From contig JACOYB010000007.1 in NCBI GenBank assembly GCA_016182085.1, positions 6,381-70,380 on the forward strand: 64,000 nucleotides of DNA, read 5' to 3'. The stretch is from Candidatus Magasanikiibacteriota bacterium. GTDB lineage: Bacteria; Patescibacteriota; Patescibacteriia; Magasanikbacterales; GWA2-37-8. This document shows positions 1-9,286 of the stretch, in pieces (positions within the stretch are counted from its first letter, which is position 1; each line of letters opens with the position of its first letter). A program made the position numbers and the translations under genes. The notes below the pieces were generated by a model. It was not told where the DNA came from. It saw only the letters and a program-made list of their open reading frames with translations, and did no database searches.

Positions 1-11
1 AGCAGGAGACC

Positions 12-584
12 GTGACGGTCTATGCGTGTGGTGGTTGGCAGCAGCCCCAGATCGATCAGATCAAGGAGGCTATTGCCGACATCAACGCCAACGCTCGGTA
101 CGAGAACGAAAATCAGTTCTTCGCCTACGGTGGCGAAAAGCCCGGTCTCTACGGCAGCGGGGAAAATAACGGGGTCCGGTGTGTGTACTGGATCTACAGT
201 AATTATCCCACGCAAGCTGGCAGGGATATGTGGAACGGAGCGCGTTCCGCAAACGAAAGCGACTGGCTTGCCGGTGAGTATGACGGAGAGAATGTCTTCG
301 TCTATGGCAACGGCACTTGCCCTGTTGGCACCTCCTGTACGTGGATGATGCAGAACGTTGTGACCCACGAACTGGGACACGCGCTCGGCGCCGGACACCT
401 AGGAGATGACCAGGAAGGCGTACTGACTTCGCGCCCTAGTAGCGCGTACGTGACCGGAGCAGATGTGGAAGAAATCTGCGATCACGCAAGCTGTGACTCG
501 AACTACCACGGTGTGGCTGCAAAGCTCACCGAGGAAACCTACGACCGCCTCGCGGCTGTAGAATTCCACTGCCTGAACGAGTAG
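12..584 (+). CDS. Zn-metalloprotease-like protein (metzincin-type HEXXHXXGXXH motif); 5' end probably runs off the window (frame open back to nt 1)
   Basis: Translation contains HELGHALGAGH, the HExxHxxGxxH zinc-binding signature. GC-rich codon usage unlike neighbouring genes. No stop codon upstream in frame. Confidence 0.6.
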   Translation: MTVYACGGWQQPQIDQIKEAIADINANARYENENQFFAYGGEKPGLYGSGENNGVRCVYWIYSNYPTQAGRDMWNGARSANESDWLAGEYDGENVFVYGNGTCPVGTSCTWMMQNVVTHELGHALGAGHLGDDQEGVLTSRPSSAYVTGADVEEICDHASCDSNYHGVAAKLTEETYDRLAAVEFHCLNE

Positions 585-643
585 TTCAATTTCTTCTAAT
601 GATGCGACTAGTCGTCTCCGACGATCAGCCGCTCAACCAGTTA

Positions 644-676
644 ACGCACCGATTCCCATCGGTGCGTTCGTATTTT
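644..676 (+). terminator. Rho-independent terminator after the protease-like gene
   Basis: GC stem gcaccgat/atcggtgc with a 4-nt loop, followed by a T-run (ttcgtattttt). Confidence 0.5.
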
Positions 677-716
677 TATATTTAAATTCTTGCATATAGC
701 CTTTATTTTAAACTTG

Positions 717-725
717 TGTTATAAT
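717..725 (+). promoter_or_regulatory. Extended -10 promoter element (TGtTATAAT) upstream of the ABC transporter genes
   Basis: TGnTATAAT motif about 25 nt upstream of the ATG at 748 in an AT-rich spacer. Confidence 0.35.
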
Positions 726-747
726 CGCCTGTATAAATTTATTCTTT

Positions 748-1650
748 ATGCTCCCTTTAAAAATAAATAACGTCACCAAAATTTTTAAAAACCCCAAAGG
801 CCAGGAGTTCAAAGCCGTAGACGGTGTTTCTTTAGATATTGAGCCGGGGAAAATCTACGGTCTCTTGGGTCCAAACGGAGCGGGTAAGTCTACGCTTATT
901 AACATGATTGGCGGACTCTTGTTGCCAAACCAAGGAAGTATTGAATTGTTTGGTTTAGATGTGGCCAAAGAATCCAGTAAGACAAAACAACTTATCGGTG
1001 TTGTGCCGCAGGAAATCGTGATGGAAATGGCTTTTACCGTAGAAGAAGTTTTGTATTATTTTAGCGGCATGTATGGCGTGCCTAGAAGCGAACGCAAAGC
1101 CAGAATAAAAGCTGTGCTGGAAGACTTGGGGCTAGAAGATAAAACCCATGAACGCGCTCGTAATCTTTCGGGTGGTATGAAACGCAGGCTTATGGTTGCC
1201 AAAGCTATTTTACATCGTCCAAAACTCGTGATTCTAGATGAGCCGACCGCCGGAGTTGATGTAAGTTTGCGACAAAAAATTTGGAGTTTGGTGCAGCGCC
1301 TTAATGCTGAAGGCACGACTATTTTATTTACCACTCACTATTTGGAAGAAGCCGAACAATTATGCGAATCAATCGCGCTTATCAATCATGGCAAACTTAT
1401 CAAGAGCGGCCGGTTAAAAGATATTCAACAGGAATTTTCCAAAAATACTATTCATTTTGAATTGTTTGACCGAACTGCTGCGCCGCTGGCCGGAGTTTCG
1501 GAAGTGGGAGTGGAGTATGAATATCCGATTACCGCTGATTTGGCTACCGATATGGCCAAACTTACCAGCCATTACAATCATAATTTAAAATCAATCCGAT
1601 CCGAAGCGGCATCGCTGGAGCATATATTTTTGAAACTAACAAACCACTAA
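748..1650 (+). CDS. ABC transporter ATP-binding protein (ABC-2 exporter type)
   Basis: Walker A GPNGAGKST, ABC signature LSGGMKRR, Walker B LVILDEPTAG. Confidence 0.9.
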   Translation: MLPLKINNVTKIFKNPKGQEFKAVDGVSLDIEPGKIYGLLGPNGAGKSTLINMIGGLLLPNQGSIELFGLDVAKESSKTKQLIGVVPQEIVMEMAFTVEEVLYYFSGMYGVPRSERKARIKAVLEDLGLEDKTHERARNLSGGMKRRLMVAKAILHRPKLVILDEPTAGVDVSLRQKIWSLVQRLNAEGTTILFTTHYLEEAEQLCESIALINHGKLIKSGRLKDIQQEFSKNTIHFELFDRTAAPLAGVSEVGVEYEYPITADLATDMAKLTSHYNHNLKSIRSEAASLEHIFLKLTNH

Positions 1651-1740
1651 GTACTAAGTGCTAAGTTGGTAAGTGCTAGGTGTGGTAGAGCTTAGTACCT
1701 ACGAACTTAGCACTTAGTACTTACGCACTTAGCACCTAAC
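1648..1740. repeat. Long imperfect inverted repeat (GTACTAAGTGCTAAGTT arms) between the ABC ATPase and permease genes
   Basis: The left arm taagtactaagtgctaagttggtaagtgctagg is mirrored by aacttagcacttagtacttacgcacttagcacctaac. It would fold into a roughly 40-bp stem-loop. Confidence 0.5.
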
Positions 1741-1752
1741 AAACAATTAAGT

Positions 1753-2508
1753 ATGCAAACAAACATGTGGGCGCTGTACGCCAGAGAAGTAAAACGGTTT
1801 CAAAAAATTTGGATTGATACGGTGTTTAATCCGATAGTTTCCATTGGTTTGTATTTGGGTGTATTTGGAATTGTGACTTCGGGCCGTGAAATCGGCTCTT
1901 TGCCATACTTAACATTTGTATACACAGGACTACTCGCCATGCTTATTGTAAACACCAGTTTTTCTAATCCATCATTTGCGCTTGTCATCGCCAGAAATTT
2001 GGGAAATATGATAGATATACAGCTTGCGCCAATTCCAGCCTGGAGAATCGGTGTGGCCTATGCTTTTGCGGCTCTTACTCGTGGGGTAACTACGGTGCTT
2101 ATCGCAGTTGTCGGTACGGTTTGGTTTATTCCGGCCATGGGAATTCCAGCGCATCCGCTGGCGCTTGTGGCGGCATTATTTTTAACGGGCCTTGAATTTG
2201 GCATGCTTGGCGTGGCGTTTGGTTTTTTGGCGAAAAATTTTGAAGCCTTAACATTTATGAATACGTTTGTGATGCAGCCAATGATATTTTTGGCCGGGGT
2301 GTTTTATCCGGTGGCTACGCTGCCTGCCCCTTGGAATACCGTAAGTCTGTTTAACCCGATTCATCACAATGTTAATTTTTTTCGCTATGCCATTACCGGT
2401 TACAGCGATGTAAATCCGTTATTTTCTTTTTTGGTTATTCTTGGTCTTTCGGCAGTGCTATTTGCAGTGATGCAATGGACAGTTGTGCGAAATATTAAAA
2501 TGAAATAA
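1753..2508 (+). CDS. ABC-2 family transporter permease
   Basis: Six predicted hydrophobic helices. Sits immediately downstream of the ABC ATPase. Confidence 0.85.
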   Translation: MQTNMWALYAREVKRFQKIWIDTVFNPIVSIGLYLGVFGIVTSGREIGSLPYLTFVYTGLLAMLIVNTSFSNPSFALVIARNLGNMIDIQLAPIPAWRIGVAYAFAALTRGVTTVLIAVVGTVWFIPAMGIPAHPLALVAALFLTGLEFGMLGVAFGFLAKNFEALTFMNTFVMQPMIFLAGVFYPVATLPAPWNTVSLFNPIHHNVNFFRYAITGYSDVNPLFSFLVILGLSAVLFAVMQWTVVRNIKMK

Positions 2509-2586
2509 GCCCCCTTGTTGCATTTTTCTGGTAGTGTGCTATCATTATATCTAGCAATTTAACTATTTAATTCATAAACAAAGTCT

Positions 2587-2841
2587 ATGCCAAAAGCAAA
2601 TGCGGCTTTCATGAAGCCGATGACTATCAGCGCAGAACTCGCTGTAGTAGTGGGAAAAGGTCCAATGCCACGCTCTGAAGTGGTTAAAAAACTCTGGGCT
2701 TATATTAAAGAAAAGGGTCTTCAGGATGAAAAAAATAAACGCGATATCAATGCTGACGAAGCCTTGAAAGTAGTGTTTGGTGGAAAAGCCAAGGTAAACA
2801 TGTTTGAAATGACTAAACTCGTTTCCAAACACCTTTCCTAA
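2587..2841 (+). CDS. SWIB/MDM2-domain protein
   Basis: About 84 aa with the typical bacterial SWIB pattern (…KLWAYIKEKGLQDEKNKRDINADEALKVVFG…MFEMTKLVSKHL). Confidence 0.75.
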   Translation: MPKANAAFMKPMTISAELAVVVGKGPMPRSEVVKKLWAYIKEKGLQDEKNKRDINADEALKVVFGGKAKVNMFEMTKLVSKHLS

Positions 2842-2862
2842 TCAACTTCTAAACTCTTAGTA

Positions 2863-2893
2863 AAAAGCATGCCGATTGGCGTGCTTTTTATGT
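2863..2893 (+). terminator. Rho-independent terminator
   Basis: Stem aaagcatgcc/ggcgtgcttt around loop gatt, followed by ttta. Confidence 0.5.
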
Positions 2894-2900
2894 TCTAGGG

Positions 2901-2929
2901 TTGACAAAGGACTGTTTTTGTGTTATACT
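2901..2929 (+). promoter_or_regulatory. Sigma-70-like promoter (TTGACA-17nt-TATACT) for the DEAD-box helicase, with a roughly 100-nt leader
   Basis: Exact TTGACA at 2901-2906, a 17-nt spacer, then TATACT at 2924-2929. Confidence 0.5.
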
Positions 2930-3033
2930 AATTTTTCATTAAATAAGGCTGGCTGTTTGGCTAGCCACGGACTCGGATCTCTTTATGTGTCATTATGTGG
3001 CCTATAAGTTAATCGGGTCACTAACATCAATAT

Positions 3034-4296
3034 ATGATGACACACAACACACCAGCGCCAGGTCGTTTTAGCGATCTTGGCATTGCCCCAAAACTTCTTG
3101 ATAACTTGGATCGGTTGAAGTTTTTTGTACCTACACCGATCCAGCATCAGTGTATTCCTCAGGCTTTGCAAGGCAAAGATATCGTTGGCATTGCCCAAAC
3201 CGGCACTGGGAAAACCATGGCTTTTGGCATACCTATGATTCAAATTTTATCCCAAATGACAGGTCCTGGTCAGGGTTTAATTTTGCTTCCTACTCGCGAA
3301 CTTGCTTTGCAGGTTGATCAGGTGCTGCAAACTATTGGACGACCATTAGGCCTTCGCACCGCTGTACTTATTGGCGGCGCTTCGGCTTATCAGCAAAGAC
3401 AGATGCTTGCTCGCGGCCCACATGTTATAGTTTCTACTCCGGGTAGATTAATGGATCATATTGATCAAAGAAATCTTACATTAAATAGAATGAAAATTGT
3501 CGTGCTTGACGAAGCTGATCGCATGTTTGATATTGGGTTCATGCCGCAGATCAAAAAAATATTATCTTTAGTGCCAACGGATCGTCAGACACTTATGTTT
3601 TCGGCTACGATGCCAAAAGCGATCGCCGAAATTGCCAGCCGCTACATGAAAATTCCGCTTCGCATAGAAGTAGCTCCGGCCGGCACTTCTTCCAAAAATG
3701 TGGAACAAGAAATGTTTATTATAAACAAAGATGCCAAGAATCAGCTCTTGGATAAAATTTTATCCGATAATACCGGTTCGGTTTTGATTTTTTCTCGCAC
3801 CAAACATGGCGCCAAAAGAATCACCATGAACGTGCGCGGTATGGGCCACACCGCCGCCGAAATCCATTCCAATCGATCTTTGGCTCAGCGCAAAGACGCT
3901 TTGGAAGGATTTAAGAGGGGAAAATACCGAGTGCTTGTGGCAACCGATATTGCTTCCCGCGGTATAGATGTGACCGGTATTTCTTTGGTAATCAATTACG
4001 ATTTGCCGGATAACTCCGAAGATTATGTGCACCGTATTGGCCGCACCGGCAGGGCTGAAAGTTTTGGCAGGGCGATATCTTTTGCTTCTCCGGATGAACG
4101 CGGCGATATCAGGCAGATTGAAAGGCTTATTAAAAAAACAATCCCGATTATGGCTTTGCCGGTTCTGCCTCCTCGCCGAGCCAACACCGCGCCTAGCTTC
4201 TTCAAAGAACACGAAAATCAGCGCCGCGGTAATTTTCCGCCAAGACGACCGCATGGCGGTAGCGGTGGGAATAGAAATTTCCGCAGACGTTATTAA
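3034..4296 (+). CDS. DEAD-box ATP-dependent RNA helicase (RhlE/CsdA-like) with an RG-rich C-terminal tail
   Basis: Motifs AQTGTGKT, PTRELA, DEAD, SAT, HRIGRTGRA. C-terminal RRGNFPPRRPHGGSGGNRNFRRR tail. Confidence 0.9.
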   Translation: MMTHNTPAPGRFSDLGIAPKLLDNLDRLKFFVPTPIQHQCIPQALQGKDIVGIAQTGTGKTMAFGIPMIQILSQMTGPGQGLILLPTRELALQVDQVLQTIGRPLGLRTAVLIGGASAYQQRQMLARGPHVIVSTPGRLMDHIDQRNLTLNRMKIVVLDEADRMFDIGFMPQIKKILSLVPTDRQTLMFSATMPKAIAEIASRYMKIPLRIEVAPAGTSSKNVEQEMFIINKDAKNQLLDKILSDNTGSVLIFSRTKHGAKRITMNVRGMGHTAAEIHSNRSLAQRKDALEGFKRGKYRVLVATDIASRGIDVTGISLVINYDLPDNSEDYVHRIGRTGRAESFGRAISFASPDERGDIRQIERLIKKTIPIMALPVLPPRRANTAPSFFKEHENQRRGNFPPRRPHGGSGGNRNFRRRY

Positions 4297-4391
4297 TAAA
4301 TAAAAAAGTAACTGCTCGTAAGGGTAGTTATTTTTTTATTGTCGCAGGCTGATTTTTAGAGTACTATTAGTATTATTATATTTTTTTATCT

Positions 4392-4928
4392 ATGCAACAA
4401 ATAGAATCAATAATCTTAGGCGGTGGCTGTTTTTGGTGTTTGGAAGCAGCTTATTCTCATACCAAAGGCGTAGTATCGGCAGTTTCGGGATATGCTGGCG
4501 GCATGACCGTAAATCCATCTTATGAACAAGTGTGCGGCGGTAGTACCGGACACGCGGAAGTGGTAAAGATTACTTATAATCCCGAACAAATAACTCTGGA
4601 AGATATTTTGCATATTTTTTTCTTAATTCATGATCCTACGACATTAAATCGTCAGGGACACGATGTTGGCACGCAGTATCGTTCGGTAATTTTTTATGAA
4701 AACGAAAAACAAAAACAAGCGGCCGAAAATATTATAAAAGAATTAACTAAAGAAAAAGTATATAATGATCCGTTTGTAACCGAAGTCTTGCCGCTAGAGA
4801 AGTTTTATGAAGCGGAAAATTATCATCAGCATTATTTTCAAAAGAATCCGGATCAGGCATACTGCCAGGCAGTCATCGCTCCAAAACTGGCAAAGTTTAG
4901 ACAAAAGTATTCTAACTTTTACAACTAA
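4392..4928 (+). CDS. msrA: Peptide methionine sulfoxide reductase MsrA
   Basis: N-terminal GGGCFWCLEAAY active-site motif. Length about 178 aa. Confidence 0.9.
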   Translation: MQQIESIILGGGCFWCLEAAYSHTKGVVSAVSGYAGGMTVNPSYEQVCGGSTGHAEVVKITYNPEQITLEDILHIFFLIHDPTTLNRQGHDVGTQYRSVIFYENEKQKQAAENIIKELTKEKVYNDPFVTEVLPLEKFYEAENYHQHYFQKNPDQAYCQAVIAPKLAKFRQKYSNFYN

Positions 4929-4998
4929 TTTATCTTCTTTATATATTTGACATAAATTACAGGACAGTTTACCTTATATTATAAGGGGGGACAAGTCC

Positions 4999-5916
4999 AT
5001 GCACATTCGTATTCTTGCAGGGCTTCTGCTGGTAGTGTGGTACGCGACTTCGGCAATGGCCGATGAGCCAAAGCAGGAGCGCGCGCCGCCGGAGCTGGTT
5101 GAGCCAGCGCCACACCACGATCTGTTGTGTGGGATCTATACCCGTTTGGAGTTGCTGACCGGCTTTTCGCACAGCAATACCAAGGGTGACAATAGACTCG
5201 CCTTTCGTGCCAGAGCTTGGGGGTTTGAGTGCGGTTATCAGCACGGTAATTGGAAGGTGAAGTTTTCCGAGGGTCTTCGGAGCGAAGACTACAAGTTGTC
5301 TCACTGGGATTACAGATGGATGGGGAATTTGTCTGTAGCCGCCCAGGGGTTTGAGACCTTGATCGGAGTGGGCAGGGACCTCGGAAATTGGAACCTGAAC
5401 CTCAGCAATTGGTGCCTGTTTCACCGTTGCCTGGGCGATTGGCGCCTTGGCAAAGGGAGTGTTTGGGCAGAGATTGTGAGGCAGGAGGTTGATGTAGACA
5501 CATGGCGAGTGGATTGGTTGGGATTTGCTACCCGACATAGCTTTTCTGACTTTTCCGGATTCGCCAATGATCATGTCGACCTGGGTGTTTACTTGAAATC
5601 CTGGAAGTTCAGGGTCAAGGGCGAGCTGGAAGTGAACCGGAACCTTCATCTGGGTTTGGGGTTTGAATGGGGGATTCTGCGGCCTGGCGGCAATATCATT
5701 CCTGATGATGTTGCAGAGCTGGCTTTGAAGCATAACTTCATTGACTCTGAGCGAATTCTGCAAAAGCTGCGAGAGAATATTCATCTTGTTGGGGCTACGC
5801 CGGAAGCGCGGGTTGGGGGAGAAAGATGGAGTCTCTCAACAAGGGTTCTCTGGGGTAAGTTTGGCCAAGAGGATTGGGTCTGGGGGGCAGATCTAACCGT
5901 GAAGCTTAGCTTCTAA
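4999..5916 (+). CDS. Secreted outer-membrane beta-barrel-like protein on a GC-rich island
   Basis: Signal peptide MHIRILAGLLLVVWYATSAMA/DE. Trp/aromatic-rich. C-terminus LTVKLSF with alternating hydrophobics ending in Phe. Strong SD aagggggg. Codon GC clearly above the flanking genes. Confidence 0.55.
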   Translation: MHIRILAGLLLVVWYATSAMADEPKQERAPPELVEPAPHHDLLCGIYTRLELLTGFSHSNTKGDNRLAFRARAWGFECGYQHGNWKVKFSEGLRSEDYKLSHWDYRWMGNLSVAAQGFETLIGVGRDLGNWNLNLSNWCLFHRCLGDWRLGKGSVWAEIVRQEVDVDTWRVDWLGFATRHSFSDFSGFANDHVDLGVYLKSWKFRVKGELEVNRNLHLGLGFEWGILRPGGNIIPDDVAELALKHNFIDSERILQKLRENIHLVGATPEARVGGERWSLSTRVLWGKFGQEDWVWGADLTVKLSF

Positions 5917-6056
5917 GGTCGTTCGCAACGGGGGTTTAAAGAATAGAAAAGATTAAAGGTTGTGGTCGTCGGTACATTATGAGTCGTTTTTCGCTCTGCG
6001 GAACCGACTCGTTAGTTTTTTTAAGCGAATTTCAAATTTTGAAAATAATCTAAGCG

Positions 6057-6065
6057 TGATATAAT
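6057..6065 (+). promoter_or_regulatory. Extended -10 promoter (TGaTATAAT) with TTGAAA -35-like hexamer at 6039-6044, upstream of tdk
   Basis: TGnTATAAT lies 36 nt upstream of the ATG at 6101. Confidence 0.4.
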
Positions 6066-6100
6066 ATCATGTAGTTTATTTACATGACCGACAGTGTCGT

Positions 6101-6643
6101 ATGGATTTAACATTAATTCTGGGGCCAATGAAGAGTGGAAAATCTTTTGATTTGATAAGCTATTTTGCGCCGCTAAAATATACCGATATTCCCCATATTT
6201 TGTATCAATCAGCACGTAATGTCCGTGATGAGCATATTTCTTCCAGAAACGGAGTAATAATAGAAGCCAAAAAAGTTAATACCTTGGCCGATACTTTGGA
6301 TCAAGATTTTGCTGTTGTGGGTGTGGACGAAATTCATATGTTTGATCCAAAAGACGTGGCCGTAGTAGCGGAGTTATTAAATAGGGGCGTAAAAGTGGTA
6401 GCTGCCGGCTTGGATATAGATTACAAAGGCAACATGTTTGATATTGTAAAAGGTTTGCTAGAACTTGGCCCGAAAGAAGTTAAATATAAACGCGCTGTTT
6501 GCGAACTTTGTCGTCAGCCGGTCGCAGTTTACTCGCAAGTTTTTAATAAAGGCGTGCCTTTAACCGGTGGTATGCCGCCGGTTATACCGGACGATGGCAC
6601 CTTTACCTACCAGCCGGTTTGTAGAAATTGTTTTGTAACATAA
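6101..6643 (+). CDS. tdk: Thymidine kinase
   Basis: P-loop GPMKSGKS. C-terminal zinc ribbon CELCRQP…CRNCF. Confidence 0.85.
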   Translation: MDLTLILGPMKSGKSFDLISYFAPLKYTDIPHILYQSARNVRDEHISSRNGVIIEAKKVNTLADTLDQDFAVVGVDEIHMFDPKDVAVVAELLNRGVKVVAAGLDIDYKGNMFDIVKGLLELGPKEVKYKRAVCELCRQPVAVYSQVFNKGVPLTGGMPPVIPDDGTFTYQPVCRNCFVT

Positions 6644-6705
6644 TACTTAGTACTTATTAAAATTTTCCACAGTGTTGTTTGGTGTGAATTGTGATACACT
6701 AATTA

Positions 6706-6776
6706 TGTCATCTTGATCCCGAGTGCTCGGGATTTTAGCATCTATCATGAGATGCTAAAACGAGTTCAGCATGACA
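6706..6776. repeat. Dispersed palindromic element, family TGTCATCCTGAAC…GTTCAGGATGACA (copy 1)
   Basis: tgtcatcttgatcccgagtgctcggg…gagatgctaaaacgagttcagcatgaca. The ends are inverted repeats with internal sub-palindromes. The same termini recur at 24.8, 31.3, 33.9 and 61.5 kb. Confidence 0.6.
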
Positions 6777-6842
6777 GCAGAAGTTTAAATAAATTTTGAA
6801 ATTGCCTTAACCTCGTTGAGGTGAATTTCCTTTGGAAATTCT

Positions 6843-8816
6843 ATGGTTTCAGGCAGGTGTAAATGGCAGTTGTTAATATTTTTAATAGGGCTTTTTTTAG
6901 CAAAGCCTGTTTTTGCGTCCACGACAGATGGCACAATTAGTACCGGCAATGCTTGGAGCGCAAACATTGGCTGGATAAAGTTTGCGGCCACAAATGGCAA
7001 TGTACATGTTACGGATGCTGGCTTGACTGGGCATGCTTGGAGCGACCTATACGGATGGATAAAATTAAACCCAACAACCAGTGGTGTGACTAATAATGGC
7101 GAAGGAGTTTTGTCCGGAAGCGCTTGGGGGGCAAATATTGGCTGGATAAATTTTTCCGGAGTGACTATAAATTCTAATGGTGTATTTACGGGCACAGCCA
7201 CAGGCGATAATACGGGCGCCATAAATTTTAGCTGCGCTAACTGTTTGGTGCAGACCGATTGGCGTCCGGCAAGTGCCAGAAACACCGGTCAAACAAACGG
7301 AGGCACGGCCTTTCCAGTTTCCGGCAGTTCCGGAGGAGGATCTATCCCAAGTACGACCGTTGCCACTACCACTTTGCCAACTTCTACAATTACTTTTCCC
7401 GCTACCACAACCCCTGTAGTTATCAAACCGATCGCGCCAACAGTCAGAGAGGTAATTGAAAAAGTTAAAGAAGTGATTAAGCCGATTATTACCAAAATAT
7501 TTCCTGTTGAAAAGTTAGTGCCGCCGCTTGCCAAATTATATTCCGAAGCAAAACTTTGGCTGCCAAAATGGTTTAGACCGCCAGCTATAGATAATACTAT
7601 TCCCATTGAGCGGTTTGTGGCAAAAAATACGCCTTTTGTATTTAAAACACCATCTATTTTTCTTACACCTAGCGTAAATAGATTTGTTTTCGCGCCACTT
7701 CCAAAAGAATTTCTGGCTTTAGAGAACAAATTCCCGCAAGTACATAATATTTTACAGCAAGTCGGGGTAAAACGTTTTACCGATATAGAAAAAGTAAAAA
7801 CCGCGCAATTATATTTGCCCGGGCTAACTCGCACGGTCGCTTTTGATAATCCAAAAATAAAAACCAGTGAATTTGGCGTAGAGAAGGCGATTCCCGTTGG
7901 CAATTTATCTGATAATACCAAAGACAAGCTTCCCGCCAATATAGTTTTCGCGCGCACGGCCGGCCAGCTGGTAGATTTTAAAATAGCTTTGTCTTTGACG
8001 TCCAAAGGACGGCCGGAACAAAAAATTTCCACGGTTTCCGGCAAGCCATTACAACTGGTAATGAAGCCGGATTTTCCCGCAAAAAGCATCAAAGGCTATT
8101 TGGTATTTAGATCGCAAAAACCGCAAGTCAGAGCCGAGATGCCGCTTGCCGGTTTAGTAAATTCGTTATTATTTGCGGAGCCGGTTTTTGCTCACGACCA
8201 AGTTCAGCCGGTACCGGTAGAAGAAAAATTGGTTTTGTTAGAGTTTGATTATACGGACCCAGATGGCGACGGAGTTTATACCGCCGACATTCAATCGCCA
8301 GTCCCGGCCGGAGAATACGAAATTATTACGGTCATTGAATATCAGGATCCGGAATTGGGCACAAAACAAATTCGGCTTATTACGGTGATAGATCCCGAAG
8401 GGTATGTATATGAAAAAATCGGTGATAAAGAGTTAAGAATTCCAAACGCTAAGGTAACAATTTATAATTTAAATACGGAAAGTAATTCGTACGAGGAGTG
8501 GCCGGCTAAAGATTTCCAACAGGAAAATCCGCAGACTACCGGATTAAGCGGCAGCTATTCTTTCTTGGTGCCGGGCGGCATGTATTATATACAGGCGGAA
8601 GCAAGCGGCTATAAAGAATACAAGAGCGAACCGTTTTCGGTAGATAATGGCGGGGGAGTGCATATGAATATTGAGCTCAAATCAAAATATTGGTGGCTGA
8701 AAGTTTTAGATTGGAAAACAACCATGCTATTTATCGTGATAATGTTGTTATTATTTAATTTTTACAGGGATTACCGAAGAAACAAAAAACAAATTAATAA
8801 TTTAATCAATAAATAA
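6843..8816 (+). CDS. Large secreted surface protein with novel AWSxNIGWIxF triple repeat, Thr/Pro-rich linker, CarboxypepD_reg-like segment and C-terminal TM anchor
   Basis: Signal peptide LAKPVFAST. Repeats GNAWSANIGWIKF / GHAWSDLYGWIKL / GSAWGANIGWINF. C-terminal hydrophobic helix followed by RDYRRNKKQ. Confidence 0.7.
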   Translation: MVSGRCKWQLLIFLIGLFLAKPVFASTTDGTISTGNAWSANIGWIKFAATNGNVHVTDAGLTGHAWSDLYGWIKLNPTTSGVTNNGEGVLSGSAWGANIGWINFSGVTINSNGVFTGTATGDNTGAINFSCANCLVQTDWRPASARNTGQTNGGTAFPVSGSSGGGSIPSTTVATTTLPTSTITFPATTTPVVIKPIAPTVREVIEKVKEVIKPIITKIFPVEKLVPPLAKLYSEAKLWLPKWFRPPAIDNTIPIERFVAKNTPFVFKTPSIFLTPSVNRFVFAPLPKEFLALENKFPQVHNILQQVGVKRFTDIEKVKTAQLYLPGLTRTVAFDNPKIKTSEFGVEKAIPVGNLSDNTKDKLPANIVFARTAGQLVDFKIALSLTSKGRPEQKISTVSGKPLQLVMKPDFPAKSIKGYLVFRSQKPQVRAEMPLAGLVNSLLFAEPVFAHDQVQPVPVEEKLVLLEFDYTDPDGDGVYTADIQSPVPAGEYEIITVIEYQDPELGTKQIRLITVIDPEGYVYEKIGDKELRIPNAKVTIYNLNTESNSYEEWPAKDFQQENPQTTGLSGSYSFLVPGGMYYIQAEASGYKEYKSEPFSVDNGGGVHMNIELKSKYWWLKVLDWKTTMLFIVIMLLLFNFYRDYRRNKKQINNLINK

Positions 8817-8856
8817 ATTAAAAACATTTAATTTATTTCTCTCACTCATTTCAATT

Positions 8857-9234
8857 ATGAAATCAAAAGCGTTTTGGGTTGTAATTTTTTTGGTATTGTT
8901 TGGGACAAATGTTTTGTTTGCTAGCTTGTATTTGCAGGCAAAAAAAGAACTGGAAGGCACGAAGGTGATTTTGTCTTCGCAGCAGTACCGCTCCAAGTAT
9001 ATGGATTTTCTGAAAATGTTTATTAAATTGGTAATAAAATCCGATAAAGAAGTTGATTTTGAAACTAGATTGAAACTTGAAAATGCGGTTAGGGGGCTAA
9101 AAGAAGAATATAACGATCCGGAAATTTTGGCGCAGTGGCAAAAATTTGTAAATAGCGGCAATGAAGCCGAGGCGCAAGCCAATGTAAAAGAGCTGTTGGG
9201 CATGCTGGTGGATAAGGTGTACGCGTTAAAATAA
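8857..9234 (+). CDS. Small membrane-anchored hypothetical protein
   Basis: N-terminal TM helix FWVVIFLVLFGTNVLFASLYL followed by a charged coiled region. Confidence 0.5.
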   Translation: MKSKAFWVVIFLVLFGTNVLFASLYLQAKKELEGTKVILSSQQYRSKYMDFLKMFIKLVIKSDKEVDFETRLKLENAVRGLKEEYNDPEILAQWQKFVNSGNEAEAQANVKELLGMLVDKVYALK

Positions 9235-9286
9235 AAATAGGGGACAAGTTTTGAAAAAGCAGGCAATTTAGGGTATAGTATCAGGA

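Noticed and set aside
22-348. 108-aa alternative-frame ORF at window start
   Set aside because: Low-complexity Ser/Arg/Pro-rich translation. The overlapping frame contains the HEXXHXXGXXH metalloprotease motif and is far more protein-like.
4969-5784. 271-aa minus-strand ORF overlapping the OMP-like gene (similarly 7289-8092, 13615-14196, 35143-35997, 38286-38723, 39633-39971, 40317-41222, 59580-60254)
   Set aside because: Antisense shadow ORFs inside GC-rich or long genes. No SD. Low-complexity translations. The sense-strand genes have signal peptides, SDs and recognisable domains.
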